From assembly GCA_965204685.1 (NCBI GenBank), contig OZ242004.1:79091-143090 (forward strand): DNA of 64,000 nucleotides, given 5' to 3'. Within the stretch, counting starts at the first letter, position 1. Each line of letters begins with the position of its first letter. Both the position numbers and the translations under genes were made by a program. Origin of the DNA: Dehalococcoidia bacterium. GTDB taxonomy: Bacteria > Chloroflexota > Dehalococcoidia > Lucifugimonadales > UBA3495. Of the stretch, positions 16,434 through 25,251 are shown piece by piece. A model generated the notes under the pieces. The model saw only the letters and a program-made list of their open reading frames with translations. It did not search any database and was not told where the DNA came from.

Positions 16434-19400
16434 CTACGAGGCCGGCGTCACCGTAACCTGGAAGGCGTCGCTGACCTGGTTGCCGTCGGGGTCCTCCGCC
16501 GTGACCGTGATGGTGGCCGTGCCCGTGCCGGTTCCCACCACCGTCAGGGTGGAGCCGTTCACATGCAGGGTGGCCGCCACGGCGTAGTTGGACGATGTGG
16601 CGCTGAAGGTCAGGTCGTCGCCGTCGGGGTCGTGGAACACGCCGGACAGGGAGATCTCCCGATGTCCCGGCAACTCCAGGCTGATGTCGGCCAGGGGCGA
16701 GACCACCGTGGGTGAGCCGTCAGAGGCTTCCCGCCCTGGGTCCTCTTCCTCCGGCTCCGCTTCCACCGATACGTCGAAGCTGTCGCTGACCCGGTTGCCA
16801 TCGCTGTCCTGGGCCGTAACGGTGATGGTGGACGTGCCCTCGGCGACACCCGCCAGCGTAATCTTGGATTGGTCCGCAACCACGGTTACGGTGGCCTTGG
16901 CGTCGTCTGACGAACTGGCCGTGATGGTCAGATTGTCGCCGTCGGCGTCGCGGAAGACGCCGGACAGGGAGACGTCCTGCGACGAACCCGCCTCCAGGCC
17001 GCTCACGTCGGCCAGGGGCTGGGCCACCACCGGCGCAGACTTCACCCTGACGGTGAACTCATCCGATACCGTTCCGCCCTCGTCGTCGTTCGCGGTGACC
17101 GTGATAGTCGCCGTACCACGGCTCTGGGCGCTCACCGTCAGGCCGGAGTAGTCGGCGGACACCGACACCGTGGCCACGGCGTCAGTGGACGAACCGGCGG
17201 TGATGGTCAGCGCGTCGTTGTCGGCGTCGTCGAACACCCCGGACAGGGAGACTTGGTGGGCGCCGCTCTGGTTGACGATGGTTACGTCGTCAATGGCAGA
17301 GGCCACCGTGGGCGCCCGGTTGGGCTGCTCCGGCTCCGGGACCACCGACACCTCGAATTCATCGCTGATCCGGTTGCCGTCGGCGTCCTCCGCGGTTACG
17401 GTGATAGTCCCCGACCCTTCCGAAACTCCTGCCACGGTCAGCGTGCCGTGGAACAGGAAGGCATCCACCACGGCGTCGTCCGACGACGCGGCGCTGAAGG
17501 TCAGGCTGTCGCCGTCGGCGTCGCGGAACACGCTGGACAGGGACACGTCCTTTCCGTCTCCCACCTCCAGGCCGGACACGTCGCCGATGGCCGCGGCCAC
17601 CACCGGGGCGGCCTTCACCTTCACGGTGAAAGCGTCCGATACCGTGCCGCCGTTGCCATCGTCGGCCGTTACGGTGATGGTCGCCGTACCCCGGGCCTGG
17701 GCGGATACCGTCAGGCCGGAGTAATCGGCGGCAACCGACACGGTTGCTTTGGTCTCATCCGAGGACGCGGCGGTGATGGTCAGGTCGTCGTTGTCGGCGT
17801 CGCTGAACACCCCGCTAATGGAGACCGTCCGCGTCCCGCTCTGGTTGACGATGGCGGCGTCGGCGATGGCGGCGGCCACCGTGGGAGATTGGTTGGGCGT
17901 TGCCTGCTGTTGCTGTGGCGCGGCCTCGATCTCCTTCAGGGCGGCGGCCACCTCCACCCAGCGGGACCAGCCCCTATCGGCGAAGTCCTGAGCCTCAGCC
18001 GCCGTCATCGGAGTGAGAGATGCGTCGGACACCGTCTCGCCGAGGGCCAGGAGCGCCCGGTCCCAGCGGTCGGTGTGGGCCTTGTAGCTGCTCCACTGGG
18101 GGTCGTTGCGCCACTGGTACATCTTTGCGATCAGCGCGGCGTACTGCTTCGCCACCGACACGTCGAAGGCGTCGCTGACCCGGTTGCCGTCGGCGTCCTG
18201 GGCCGTGACCGTGATGGTCGCCGCGCCCTCGGCGACCCGCGCCACCGTCAGCTTGGAGCCGTCGGACGCCACGGATACCGTGGCGATGGTTTCATCCGAG
18301 GATGCGGCGGTAATGGTCAGGGCGTCGCCGTCGGCGTCGCGGAACGCGCCGGACAGGGACACCTCCTGCGTTGCTCCCACCTCCAGGCCGCTCACGTCGC
18401 TGATGGCCGCGGCCACCACCGGCGCGGCCTTCACCGTCACCGTGAACGTGTCCTCAACCGTCCCGCCGTTGCCGTCGTCCGCCGTCACCGTGATGGTCGC
18501 CGTGCCCCGGGCCTGGGCCGTAACCGTCAGCGTGGAGTGGTCCGACGCCACCGACATCGTGGCTTTCGTCTCATCGGACGATGTGGCGGTGACAGTCAGG
18601 CTGTCCCCGTCCCCGTCGCTGAAGGTGCCGGACAGGGAGACCCGCTTGGTCCCGCTCTCGTTGACGATGATTGCGTCTCCCAAGGCGGCAGACACCGTGG
18701 GCGCCTGGTTGGGCGTTCCCTGCTGTTGCTGCGGGTCCGGCTCCGCCGCCGCCTCGATCTCCTTCAGCGCGGCCGCCACGTCGACCCAGCGGGTGCCCCA
18801 GGCCGTGTCGGCGTAGCCCTGGGCCTCAGATGCCGTCATCGCCGTCAGCGTCGTGTCGGAAACGGTCTCCCCGAAGGCCAGCAAGGCCCGGTCCCAGCGG
18901 TCGGTGTGCGCCTGGTAGCTCACCCACTGCGGGTCGTTCCGCCACTGGTACATCCGCGCGATCAGTTCCGAGTAATCCCCGGAGGTATCCGGCCCCGGCT
19001 CCTGCGCCTGGGGCGCTTCCTCCGACACCGTCGCCGCAAAGTCAACCAGCGCCGTGCCCCCCTTGCCGTCGTTGGCCGTCACCGTTACCCTCGCCACGCC
19101 CGGGATCAGCCCGGTCAGGGTCAGGGTGGATTGGTCCGACGACACCGCCGCCGTGACCACCTGGATGTACGAGGAACCGTCGTGGCCCGGCGGCGGCTCC
19201 GCCGTGATGGTCAGCGTGTGGGCCGTGACGGTCAGGCTGTCGCCGTCGGCGTCGTCGAACAGCCCGCTCAGCGACACGTCCTTGATCCCGCCCCGGGCCG
19301 CCACGGTGACGTCGTCCAGGGAGCCGGTCGCCGTGGGCGCCTGGTTGGGCGCCGCCGGCGCGGCATCGACCACCTGCGGCAGGTTCAGGGGTACGGCCGT

Positions 19401-22400
19401 GAAGGGCGCGCGCTGGGCTGCCGGGCTGAGACCGCCGTGCTGCAGCACGGGATACTGGCTGGCCGTGCCGAAGTCCCAGGGGTCGTCGCCGCTGCCGTCC
19501 AGGTCCAGGTCCGCGTTCCAGTCGGCGTAGATGCCGGCGTAGCCCGTGGGCCCTTGCAGCCCCGCAGTGGTCTGCCCCACGCCGGCCGGGCTGCTGCTCA
19601 AGCCGGAGGTTTGGGTATCCCAGTAGGCGGCGTCCACCGCGCCGGAGACGTGCGCGCCGGTCAGGCCGCCGGCCGCGCCGCCTTCGGCCGTGGCCGACCC
19701 GGTCGCGTAGCTGGCGGTTACGCTGCCATTGTTGTCGCCCACCAGTCCGCCGGCCCGCTGGCCGGCGCTGGACACCGGCCCGGTGGCGTAGCTGGTCTTG
19801 ATGGAACCGCCGGCTGCGTTGCGGCCCACCAACCCGCCGGTGTTGTCGGCCCAGCCCGAAACCGCGCCCCGGGCGTAGCTGGCCTGGATGAGGCCCTGGT
19901 TGGCGCCCGCCAGGCCCCCCACGCCCTGACCTCCGACCTTTCTCCCGGCCACGTTGGCCCGGGACGAACTGCCCGTGATGAAACTCCCTGACCTGGCCTC
20001 CCCCACCAGGCCGCCCACGTTGCTGATCCCGGACACCGCCCCGGTCACGTGGACGTTGCTGATGATGCCGTGGCTGTACCCGGCCAGGGCGCCGATATAC
20101 CCCTTGCCCGACACGTTGACGTTCTCCAGCCGCAGGTTGCGCACGATGCCGTTGTAGGCAATGATATAGAAGAGGCCCTTATCGTCGTGCTTGCCGTCCC
20201 CCGCATCGGTGGGCAGTCCGTAGATGTTGACCCGGTTCAGCACTTCGTCGGTGAAGGGCGTGTCCAGCGTGTTGATGTACAGGTTCCGTATGGCGTGCCC
20301 GTTGCCCTCGAAGATGCCGCGCCAGTAGTTCCCTCCCTCTATGTCCTGCGCTATGGGTCGCCATCCCTCGCCGTCGTTGCCAAAGTAGTCGTCGCACGCG
20401 CCGGGACCCTGCGCTCCTCCCGGGTGCCCCCCGTACCAACTCCGGCACCTGGCGGAGCCGTCGGGATTATGCGACCCGTTCCAGTAGTGGTCGCCGGGGT
20501 CGGCCCGGCCGTTGCCGTTGGTGTCGAAGTCCAGGTCGGCCATCAGCTCGTAACCCATGCAGCCATCCCCGGGACAGCCCATCCCACGTCTGGCGTTGGG
20601 GTATGCCGATTGGTAAGCGTTCCGGGCACTGTTGGGATAGGGGTTGTGGTCCCAACCATAGGCGCCCCTGCCGTCCTCGTCATAGCGGATGGCATAGAGC
20701 TGGTCCAGGCTGTGCACCTCGATGAGGCCGTCGTCGTCACGATCGTAGTCGATGCCCTGGGCCGGCTGCTGGTTGGAGGGCCTCGTGACCGGCTCGGTGG
20801 ACTCCGGAGGGTCGGGCATCGCCGCCCGCTGGGCCGCCACGCTGGGGCCGGTGTCCCGCAGCACCGGGAAGTCCAGCGACGTGCCGAAGTCCCAGACGTG
20901 GGAGTCGCCGCTGCGGTCCCTGAGATCGTCCCAGAGAGCGTAGATGCCCGTGTAGCCCGTGGGCCGCCGCAGCTCGGCGGTGGTGAGACGCCTGCCGGCT
21001 TGACCGGCGGCTCGGCTGTTCAACCAGTAGCTGGCGGTGATATTGCTTCTGTCGGCGTGTCCCGGCCTTACGTTCGGGAGCGTGCAGCCGATACACCGAT
21101 GGCCATTTTTGGTGCTTACGGACCTGTGATTACCAGCCAGCCCCCCCACGTAACCGTCGCCGGACACCGCTCCCAGGGCGTAGCTGGCCGAGATGGGCGC
21201 ACCGTTATCGCCGACCAATCCCCCGATATATCTTCGGCCGGACACGTCGCCGGTGGCGTAACTGGCGAAGATCTCGCCTGCGTTATCGCCCACCAGGCCG
21301 CCCATGAAATTCGCATTGCCCGATACCCGGCCCGTGGCGTAACTGGCCACGATGCTGGCCCGGATGGGGGCGCTGTCCCAGCCGATGCGGCGAGTGGTGC
21401 TGTAGCCAACCAGGCCGCCGTAATAATCGGTCCCGGATGCGACTGCGGTTACGTCAGCCGTGGAGTAGCTGCGCACGATGCGACCGCCATAGTTCGACCC
21501 GACCAGTCCTCCCACAAAACTGTTCGTGCTCCAGACCTCGCCAGAGGAATGACTGTCTGTGATTGCACCGCGGTTCTGCCCCACCAGCAAGCCGGTCACC
21601 CGCCCGTCGGATACCGACCCGGTCACGCTGGCGTTGCTGATCGCGCCGCGGTTCTTCCCCACCAGAGCGCTCACGTATATTCCTTTGCCGCTACCGCGAA
21701 CTTGCGCGTTCTCCAGCGCCACGTTGCGGATGACGCCGGTCTCTCCAAGCTCCCGAAACAACGCCTGATACCGGTCATCTCTACTGATGTACAGGTAGCT
21801 GATGGCGTGGCCGTTGCCGTCAAAGACAGCGGCGTATTCGCCGATGGGCAGCCAGCCCTGGCCGTCGTTCACGTGCCCGCCGTCAACCGCTCTTGGATAG
21901 TCGCCGGCGTCGGCCCGGCCGTTGCCGTTGCGGTCAAAGTCCAGGTTGGCGGCCAGCTCGTAGCCCTTGCAACCGCTCTGGGGACAGCCCGCCCCGTTGG
22001 CAGTGATGCCGGGGAAGGCCCCTTCGTACTTGTCGTTGGCATCCGCAATGGCGGAACCGCTGGCGGAGCCGTCGCCGTCAAGGTCAAAGCGGATGGCGTC
22101 CAGCTGCGCCAGGCTGCACACCTCGATGAGACCGTCGTCGTCATCGTCGTAGTCGTCGCCGGCCTCCGGCTGGCAGCCGCCCGCGAAGGAGTCCGCCCCC
22201 GTCACCACCGTAACCGCCTGCGACCAGTCGCTTACGCCGCCGTCGTTGCCGGAACGCACGCTCACCGTGTAGGTCGCGCCGCTCTCCAGGCTCTCGAACG
22301 TCGCCGTCCGCGCGTCGGCGCCCAGCCGCTGCTCGGTGGCGTCGCCGTCGGCGTTTTCCAGCCGGGCCACGTAGTAGTCGGGCAGATCGCCGCTGCCCGG

Positions 22401-24863
22401 CCCCCGCCAGGTGACGGTGATGCTGTCCGCCTGCACCGTCAGCCGGAGATCTCCCGACGGGTTGGGCCGAGTGGGGAAGGTCCGGTTCACCGTTACCGCG
22501 TAGGTCTGCGTGGCCACGCCGTCGGGGGCCGTCACCACCACGTTGACCGGGTTCGACGCGTTGTAGTCCAGCGCCACCGGCGACGCCGGGTCTCCGCCGT
22601 TCACGGCAACGGCGGCATTGGGGTGAAACGGCACGGCCGTGAAAACAACGCTCTCCGTGGTGTACGGCACGTCCACCGTGTAGGCGGTGTTGTCCGGGTC
22701 GAAGTCGAGCGTTCCCTCCGAGACGGTCAGGTCGTGCAGGGTGGCGTCGTTGTCGGCGGGCAGACCACGGGTCACCGTCAGCGTGTAGACCTGCTTGTAG
22801 GTGTTTTCCGCGAAACCAGACTTTACAGAGCGGCTCTTCCACTTGTAGATGCCGACCTGCGCCGTCGTGGCCGCTCCCTGTTCCAAGGTGATGGTCTGGG
22901 GCCTTGGATTGTCATTCCTGTGCAGAATGCTGACCAAATCCCGAGGCCAATCCTCGGGCTCTCTGTTATCCCAGTCAATTTCGGCCTGGGCTAGGTCTTC
23001 GGAAACCAGGACGTACGCAGTGTTGCCGCTCCCGTATCGATAGGGGGTGGTGAACCGACCGATAACGACCAACTCGGTCAAGTCCCCCGGCGCCACCAGC
23101 CGGTAGCTGTAGTGGTTGCGACGGAACTCCGGATGGACGGTGATGCCCTCGGGCGTCGCCAGCCCCGTCAGGGCCAGGTCCCGGTTGCCCGGCGCCGCCA
23201 GGTCCACCACCGCAGTGAACCGGACGTTCTCGCTCCGGGGACGGGTCACCGTCACCACGTAGGTCTCCGTGGCCACCCCGTCCACCGCCGTGACCGCCAC
23301 GCTGATGACGTTCGCGCCGTAGTCCAGCGACACCGGCCCGGCCGGGTCGCCGCCGTTCACCGTGACGGCGGCGTGGGGATGGTTGGCGGCCGGCGTGAGG
23401 GTCACCCGGCCCACCGTGGCCGCCACGTCCACCGCGTAGGCGGTGGTGCCGGGAGCGAAGTCCAGCGAACCCGCCGAGATGGCCAGGGCCTTCAGCGTGG
23501 CGTCGTCCGCCGCCTGCGTCGGCTGCGGTGTCGGCGCCGGCGTGGGCGTGGGCGTGGGAGCCGGCTCCAGCCGAGGCGCCGGCTGCGGCCCAAGCGCCGT
23601 GCCCGGGCTGGATGCGTCCCGGATCTCGCCGTGCAGGGTGGCGCTGACGACAGATGGTGACAGCGTGTAGTTGCCCGCCTTGAACGCCCCATGGTCCTGC
23701 AACGAGTAGGTCACGCTCAGGTCATGGGAACCCGCCTCCGCCGACGGGAACTGCCCGCTCACCACCAGCCCCCCGGCCCGCAGGTCCGCCAACTCCCCCG
23801 CCAGCGCCCCGATCACCCGGACCCGGCCCGTGTCGAAGGTGGCGTCCGTGGTCCCGTCGGCCACCCGCGAGTTCACCCGCACCCCGCTGATGGTCGTTAT
23901 CTCCAGGGGCGTGATGGCTCCGCTCACGCTGAAGGTCACGTCGTAGTTGCCCGCGTCCGCTCCGCCGACAGATACTCCGGTGACGGCGATGCCCGTACCG
24001 GCGTCCGCCGCGGCGTAGCTTCCGCCGCTGACCGTCACCACGTCCCCGTTCACGATGTCCCCGGCGGCAAAGCTTCCACTCAAAGCTCCCACGAGCGTCG
24101 CCGTGCCGTCGTAGGCCCTGGCGGGCGCCGTGCCGGTCCAGGTCACCGCCCTGGGCGTGATGGTGTAGGCTGTCGCCGCCGTGAAATCGGCCGGCAGGGC
24201 GTACTTGGTGGCGTAGGCCGGCGCGATGGCCAGGGTGCCCAGGTTGATGGCGTAGCTGCCCGCGTCGTCTCCCGGCGCCCGGCCCAGGCTGCCCGACACC
24301 ACGTTGCTGGCCGCATCGCCGTCCACCAGCCCGCTCACCGTGTGGCTCAGGGCGTCGGTCCCGCCGTACTTCCGCGTGGTGTTCCCCGCCTTGATCGCCA
24401 AAACCCGCGCTCCCCCGATGTAGCAGGTCAGCGTCGCCTGGGCGCTGCTCACCCGGCCTCCCTCGGCGGTTTCGTAGTTCGCCTTGACGCTGAGGCTGAC
24501 CGGCTTCCCCGACGGGTAGCTGCCCCGCCGCAACAGCGTCTGGCCCTTGACGTTGCCCTGCTCCCGCCGGCCGTCCGGCAGTGACAGCTCGTAGTCGTAG
24601 GAAACCGCCTCCTCTCCTGCCCACTCGGGAACGTCCCACATGAACCACACTGCATCCGTTCTGGTAGTGCATTGCAGGTTCGACGGCGGCGGCGGTTCGG
24701 CGCCCTGGGCCTGGACGGGCCCCGATGACAGCAGCGCCAGCGCCGCCACACCGGCAGTCAATGCCACCGTCAGCAGCGCCAGCGCGCACAGCGCCCGGCG
24801 GCCTCGGGACGTGAGGGCAGCGTGAAGCGGGTGAAGGGGACTGGACGGGGGCGTGAATTTCAT
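16434..24863 (-). CDS. giant (2809 aa) modular surface protein, A-type (A1)
   Basis: GGAGGT lies 7 nt upstream of the ATG. Domain order, N to C:
- signal-anchor MKFTPPSSPLHPLHAAL..ALLTVALTAGVAALALL
- FN3-like domain
- MBG/YDG repeats (TPRAVTWTG..AYDGTA..AGNYDV)
- PT linker
- cadherin-like beta-sandwich units (DATLKALAISAGSLDF..TYVVTVTR)
- FN3
- two supermodules of DYD.DDDGLIEV..DLDGDG..GCP..GC.GYEL..DLDFD.NGNGRAD.GD followed by GLUG arrays (GGLVG.N.G.I)
- 8 Ig/cadherin-like repeats (VSLSGVF.DADGD.LT..A.SSD..ATV....LTV....GTATITVTA.D..G..VSD.F.V.V), interrupted twice by a Trp-rich module. Confidence 0.92.
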   Translation of the reverse strand: MKFTPPSSPLHPLHAALTSRGRRALCALALLTVALTAGVAALALLSSGPVQAQGAEPPPPSNLQCTTRTDAVWFMWDVPEWAGEEAVSYDYELSLPDGRREQGNVKGQTLLRRGSYPSGKPVSLSVKANYETAEGGRVSSAQATLTCYIGGARVLAIKAGNTTRKYGGTDALSHTVSGLVDGDAASNVVSGSLGRAPGDDAGSYAINLGTLAIAPAYATKYALPADFTAATAYTITPRAVTWTGTAPARAYDGTATLVGALSGSFAAGDIVNGDVVTVSGGSYAAADAGTGIAVTGVSVGGADAGNYDVTFSVSGAITPLEITTISGVRVNSRVADGTTDATFDTGRVRVIGALAGELADLRAGGLVVSGQFPSAEAGSHDLSVTYSLQDHGAFKAGNYTLSPSVVSATLHGEIRDASSPGTALGPQPAPRLEPAPTPTPTPAPTPQPTQAADDATLKALAISAGSLDFAPGTTAYAVDVAATVGRVTLTPAANHPHAAVTVNGGDPAGPVSLDYGANVISVAVTAVDGVATETYVVTVTRPRSENVRFTAVVDLAAPGNRDLALTGLATPEGITVHPEFRRNHYSYRLVAPGDLTELVVIGRFTTPYRYGSGNTAYVLVSEDLAQAEIDWDNREPEDWPRDLVSILHRNDNPRPQTITLEQGAATTAQVGIYKWKSRSVKSGFAENTYKQVYTLTVTRGLPADNDATLHDLTVSEGTLDFDPDNTAYTVDVPYTTESVVFTAVPFHPNAAVAVNGGDPASPVALDYNASNPVNVVVTAPDGVATQTYAVTVNRTFPTRPNPSGDLRLTVQADSITVTWRGPGSGDLPDYYVARLENADGDATEQRLGADARTATFESLESGATYTVSVRSGNDGGVSDWSQAVTVVTGADSFAGGCQPEAGDDYDDDDDGLIEVCSLAQLDAIRFDLDGDGSASGSAIADANDKYEGAFPGITANGAGCPQSGCKGYELAANLDFDRNGNGRADAGDYPRAVDGGHVNDGQGWLPIGEYAAVFDGNGHAISYLYISRDDRYQALFRELGETGVIRNVALENAQVRGSGKGIYVSALVGKNRGAISNASVTGSVSDGRVTGLLVGQNRGAITDSHSSGEVWSTNSFVGGLVGSNYGGRIVRSYSTADVTAVASGTDYYGGLVGYSTTRRIGWDSAPIRASIVASYATGRVSGNANFMGGLVGDNAGEIFASYATGDVSGRRYIGGLVGDNGAPISASYALGAVSGDGYVGGLAGNHRSVSTKNGHRCIGCTLPNVRPGHADRSNITASYWLNSRAAGQAGRRLTTAELRRPTGYTGIYALWDDLRDRSGDSHVWDFGTSLDFPVLRDTGPSVAAQRAAMPDPPESTEPVTRPSNQQPAQGIDYDRDDDGLIEVHSLDQLYAIRYDEDGRGAYGWDHNPYPNSARNAYQSAYPNARRGMGCPGDGCMGYELMADLDFDTNGNGRADPGDHYWNGSHNPDGSARCRSWYGGHPGGAQGPGACDDYFGNDGEGWRPIAQDIEGGNYWRGIFEGNGHAIRNLYINTLDTPFTDEVLNRVNIYGLPTDAGDGKHDDKGLFYIIAYNGIVRNLRLENVNVSGKGYIGALAGYSHGIISNVHVTGAVSGISNVGGLVGEARSGSFITGSSSRANVAGRKVGGQGVGGLAGANQGLIQASYARGAVSGWADNTGGLVGRNAAGGSIKTSYATGPVSSAGQRAGGLVGDNNGSVTASYATGSATAEGGAAGGLTGAHVSGAVDAAYWDTQTSGLSSSPAGVGQTTAGLQGPTGYAGIYADWNADLDLDGSGDDPWDFGTASQYPVLQHGGLSPAAQRAPFTAVPLNLPQVVDAAPAAPNQAPTATGSLDDVTVAARGGIKDVSLSGLFDDADGDSLTVTAHTLTITAEPPPGHDGSSYIQVVTAAVSSDQSTLTLTGLIPGVARVTVTANDGKGGTALVDFAATVSEEAPQAQEPGPDTSGDYSELIARMYQWRNDPQWVSYQAHTDRWDRALLAFGETVSDTTLTAMTASEAQGYADTAWGTRWVDVAAALKEIEAAAEPDPQQQQGTPNQAPTVSAALGDAIIVNESGTKRVSLSGTFSDGDGDSLTVTATSSDETKATMSVASDHSTLTVTAQARGTATITVTADDGNGGTVEDTFTVTVKAAPVVAAAISDVSGLEVGATQEVSLSGAFRDADGDALTITAASSDETIATVSVASDGSKLTVARVAEGAATITVTAQDADGNRVSDAFDVSVAKQYAALIAKMYQWRNDPQWSSYKAHTDRWDRALLALGETVSDASLTPMTAAEAQDFADRGWSRWVEVAAALKEIEAAPQQQQATPNQSPTVAAAIADAAIVNQSGTRTVSISGVFSDADNDDLTITAASSDETKATVSVAADYSGLTVSAQARGTATITVTADDGNGGTVSDAFTVKVKAAPVVAAAIGDVSGLEVGDGKDVSLSSVFRDADGDSLTFSAASSDDAVVDAFLFHGTLTVAGVSEGSGTITVTAEDADGNRISDEFEVSVVPEPEQPNRAPTVASAIDDVTIVNQSGAHQVSLSGVFDDADNDALTITAGSSTDAVATVSVSADYSGLTVSAQSRGTATITVTANDDEGGTVSDEFTVRVKSAPVVAQPLADVSGLEAGSSQDVSLSGVFRDADGDNLTITASSSDDAKATVTVVADQSKITLAGVAEGTSTITVTAQDSDGNRVSDSFDVSVEAEPEEEDPGREASDGSPTVVSPLADISLELPGHREISLSGVFHDPDGDDLTFSATSSNYAVAATLHVNGSTLTVVGTGTGTATITVTAEDPDGNQVSDAFQVTVTPAS

Positions 24864-24877
24864 TGGGGACCTCCGCA

Positions 24878-24907
24878 GTGCGTTATGAAAGAGAGTGCGT
24901 TATGAAA
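24878..24907 (-). promoter_or_regulatory. two perfect 13-bp direct repeats in the A1 leader
   Basis: GTGCGTTATGAAA at 24878-24890 and 24895-24907 (plus-strand reading), 15-44 nt upstream of the start at 24863. A further 12-bp direct repeat TTCCCGGCGCGG lies at 24928 and 24949. Confidence 0.4.
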
Positions 24908-24973
24908 CTTCCTGATTGGATCGGGTCTTCCCGGCGCGGTGGCTGCTTTTCCCGGCGCGGAAAGCGGCGCCAA

Positions 24974-25056
24974 CTTACACCAGAAACGGTATTTCAGTCC
25001 GTATTTTTAGACCATCTTTTGTATGGGTTAATGTATGCTTGCGGTTGGTCAGCTAT
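24974..25056. promoter_or_regulatory. conserved AT-rich control block, copy 2
   Basis: CTTACACCAGAAACGGTATTTCAGTCCGTATTTTTAGACC..TTTGTATGGGTTAATGTATGCTTGCG. Lies 111 bp upstream of the A1 start and 36 bp upstream of stub 2. Confidence 0.5.
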
Positions 25057-25091
25057 GCAGTCGTTGCTGGTGGTCCGGTCCGGAGAAAGGC

Positions 25092-25193
25092 ATGGACCAG
25101 CCCTGCCGGGAGATCGGGGTCCTGCGGGAATGCCTGTGCCGCCTGAGCCAGGACAGTCGTCGCATCAACTCACTCGTCGGCAAGCTGAACTGA
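25092..25193 (+). CDS. 33-codon kinase-stub ORF, copy 2
   Basis: MDQPCREIGVLRECLCRLSQDSRRINSLVGKLN. Same length and same stop position as stub 1. GAGAAAGG lies just upstream. Confidence 0.35.
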   Translation: MDQPCREIGVLRECLCRLSQDSRRINSLVGKLN

Positions 25194-25195
25194 GA

Positions 25196-25223
25196 CGGGC
25201 GTCCAACCGCAGTCGGACGCCCG
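25196..25223. terminator. kinase-type hairpin after stub 2
   Basis: CGGGCGTCC-aaccgcagtc-GGACGCCCG. Lies between the stub 2 stop (25193) and the B1 stop (25252). Confidence 0.5.
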
Positions 25224-25251
25224 CTTGGATCAGCCTGTGGTTCCGCAGCCG

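Noticed and set aside
16434-19350. Ig-like repeat arrays and paralog pairs as possible diversity-generating retroelement targets (template/variable repeats).
   Set aside because: No reverse-transcriptase-like ORF is present in the window. Mismatches between repeat copies are not restricted to adenine positions.
20049-22994. Very long plus-strand ORFs opposite the giant genes (for example 20049..22994 at 981 aa, 17253..19991, 29860..33282 at 1140 aa, 54770..58354 at 1194 aa, 7824..9572, 13614..15092, 53453..54712).
   Set aside because: These are shadow ORFs typical of high-G+C DNA. Their translations are R/G/V/H/A/P low-complexity with no domain-like patterns and no RBS. The minus strand encodes coherent multi-domain proteins over the same span.
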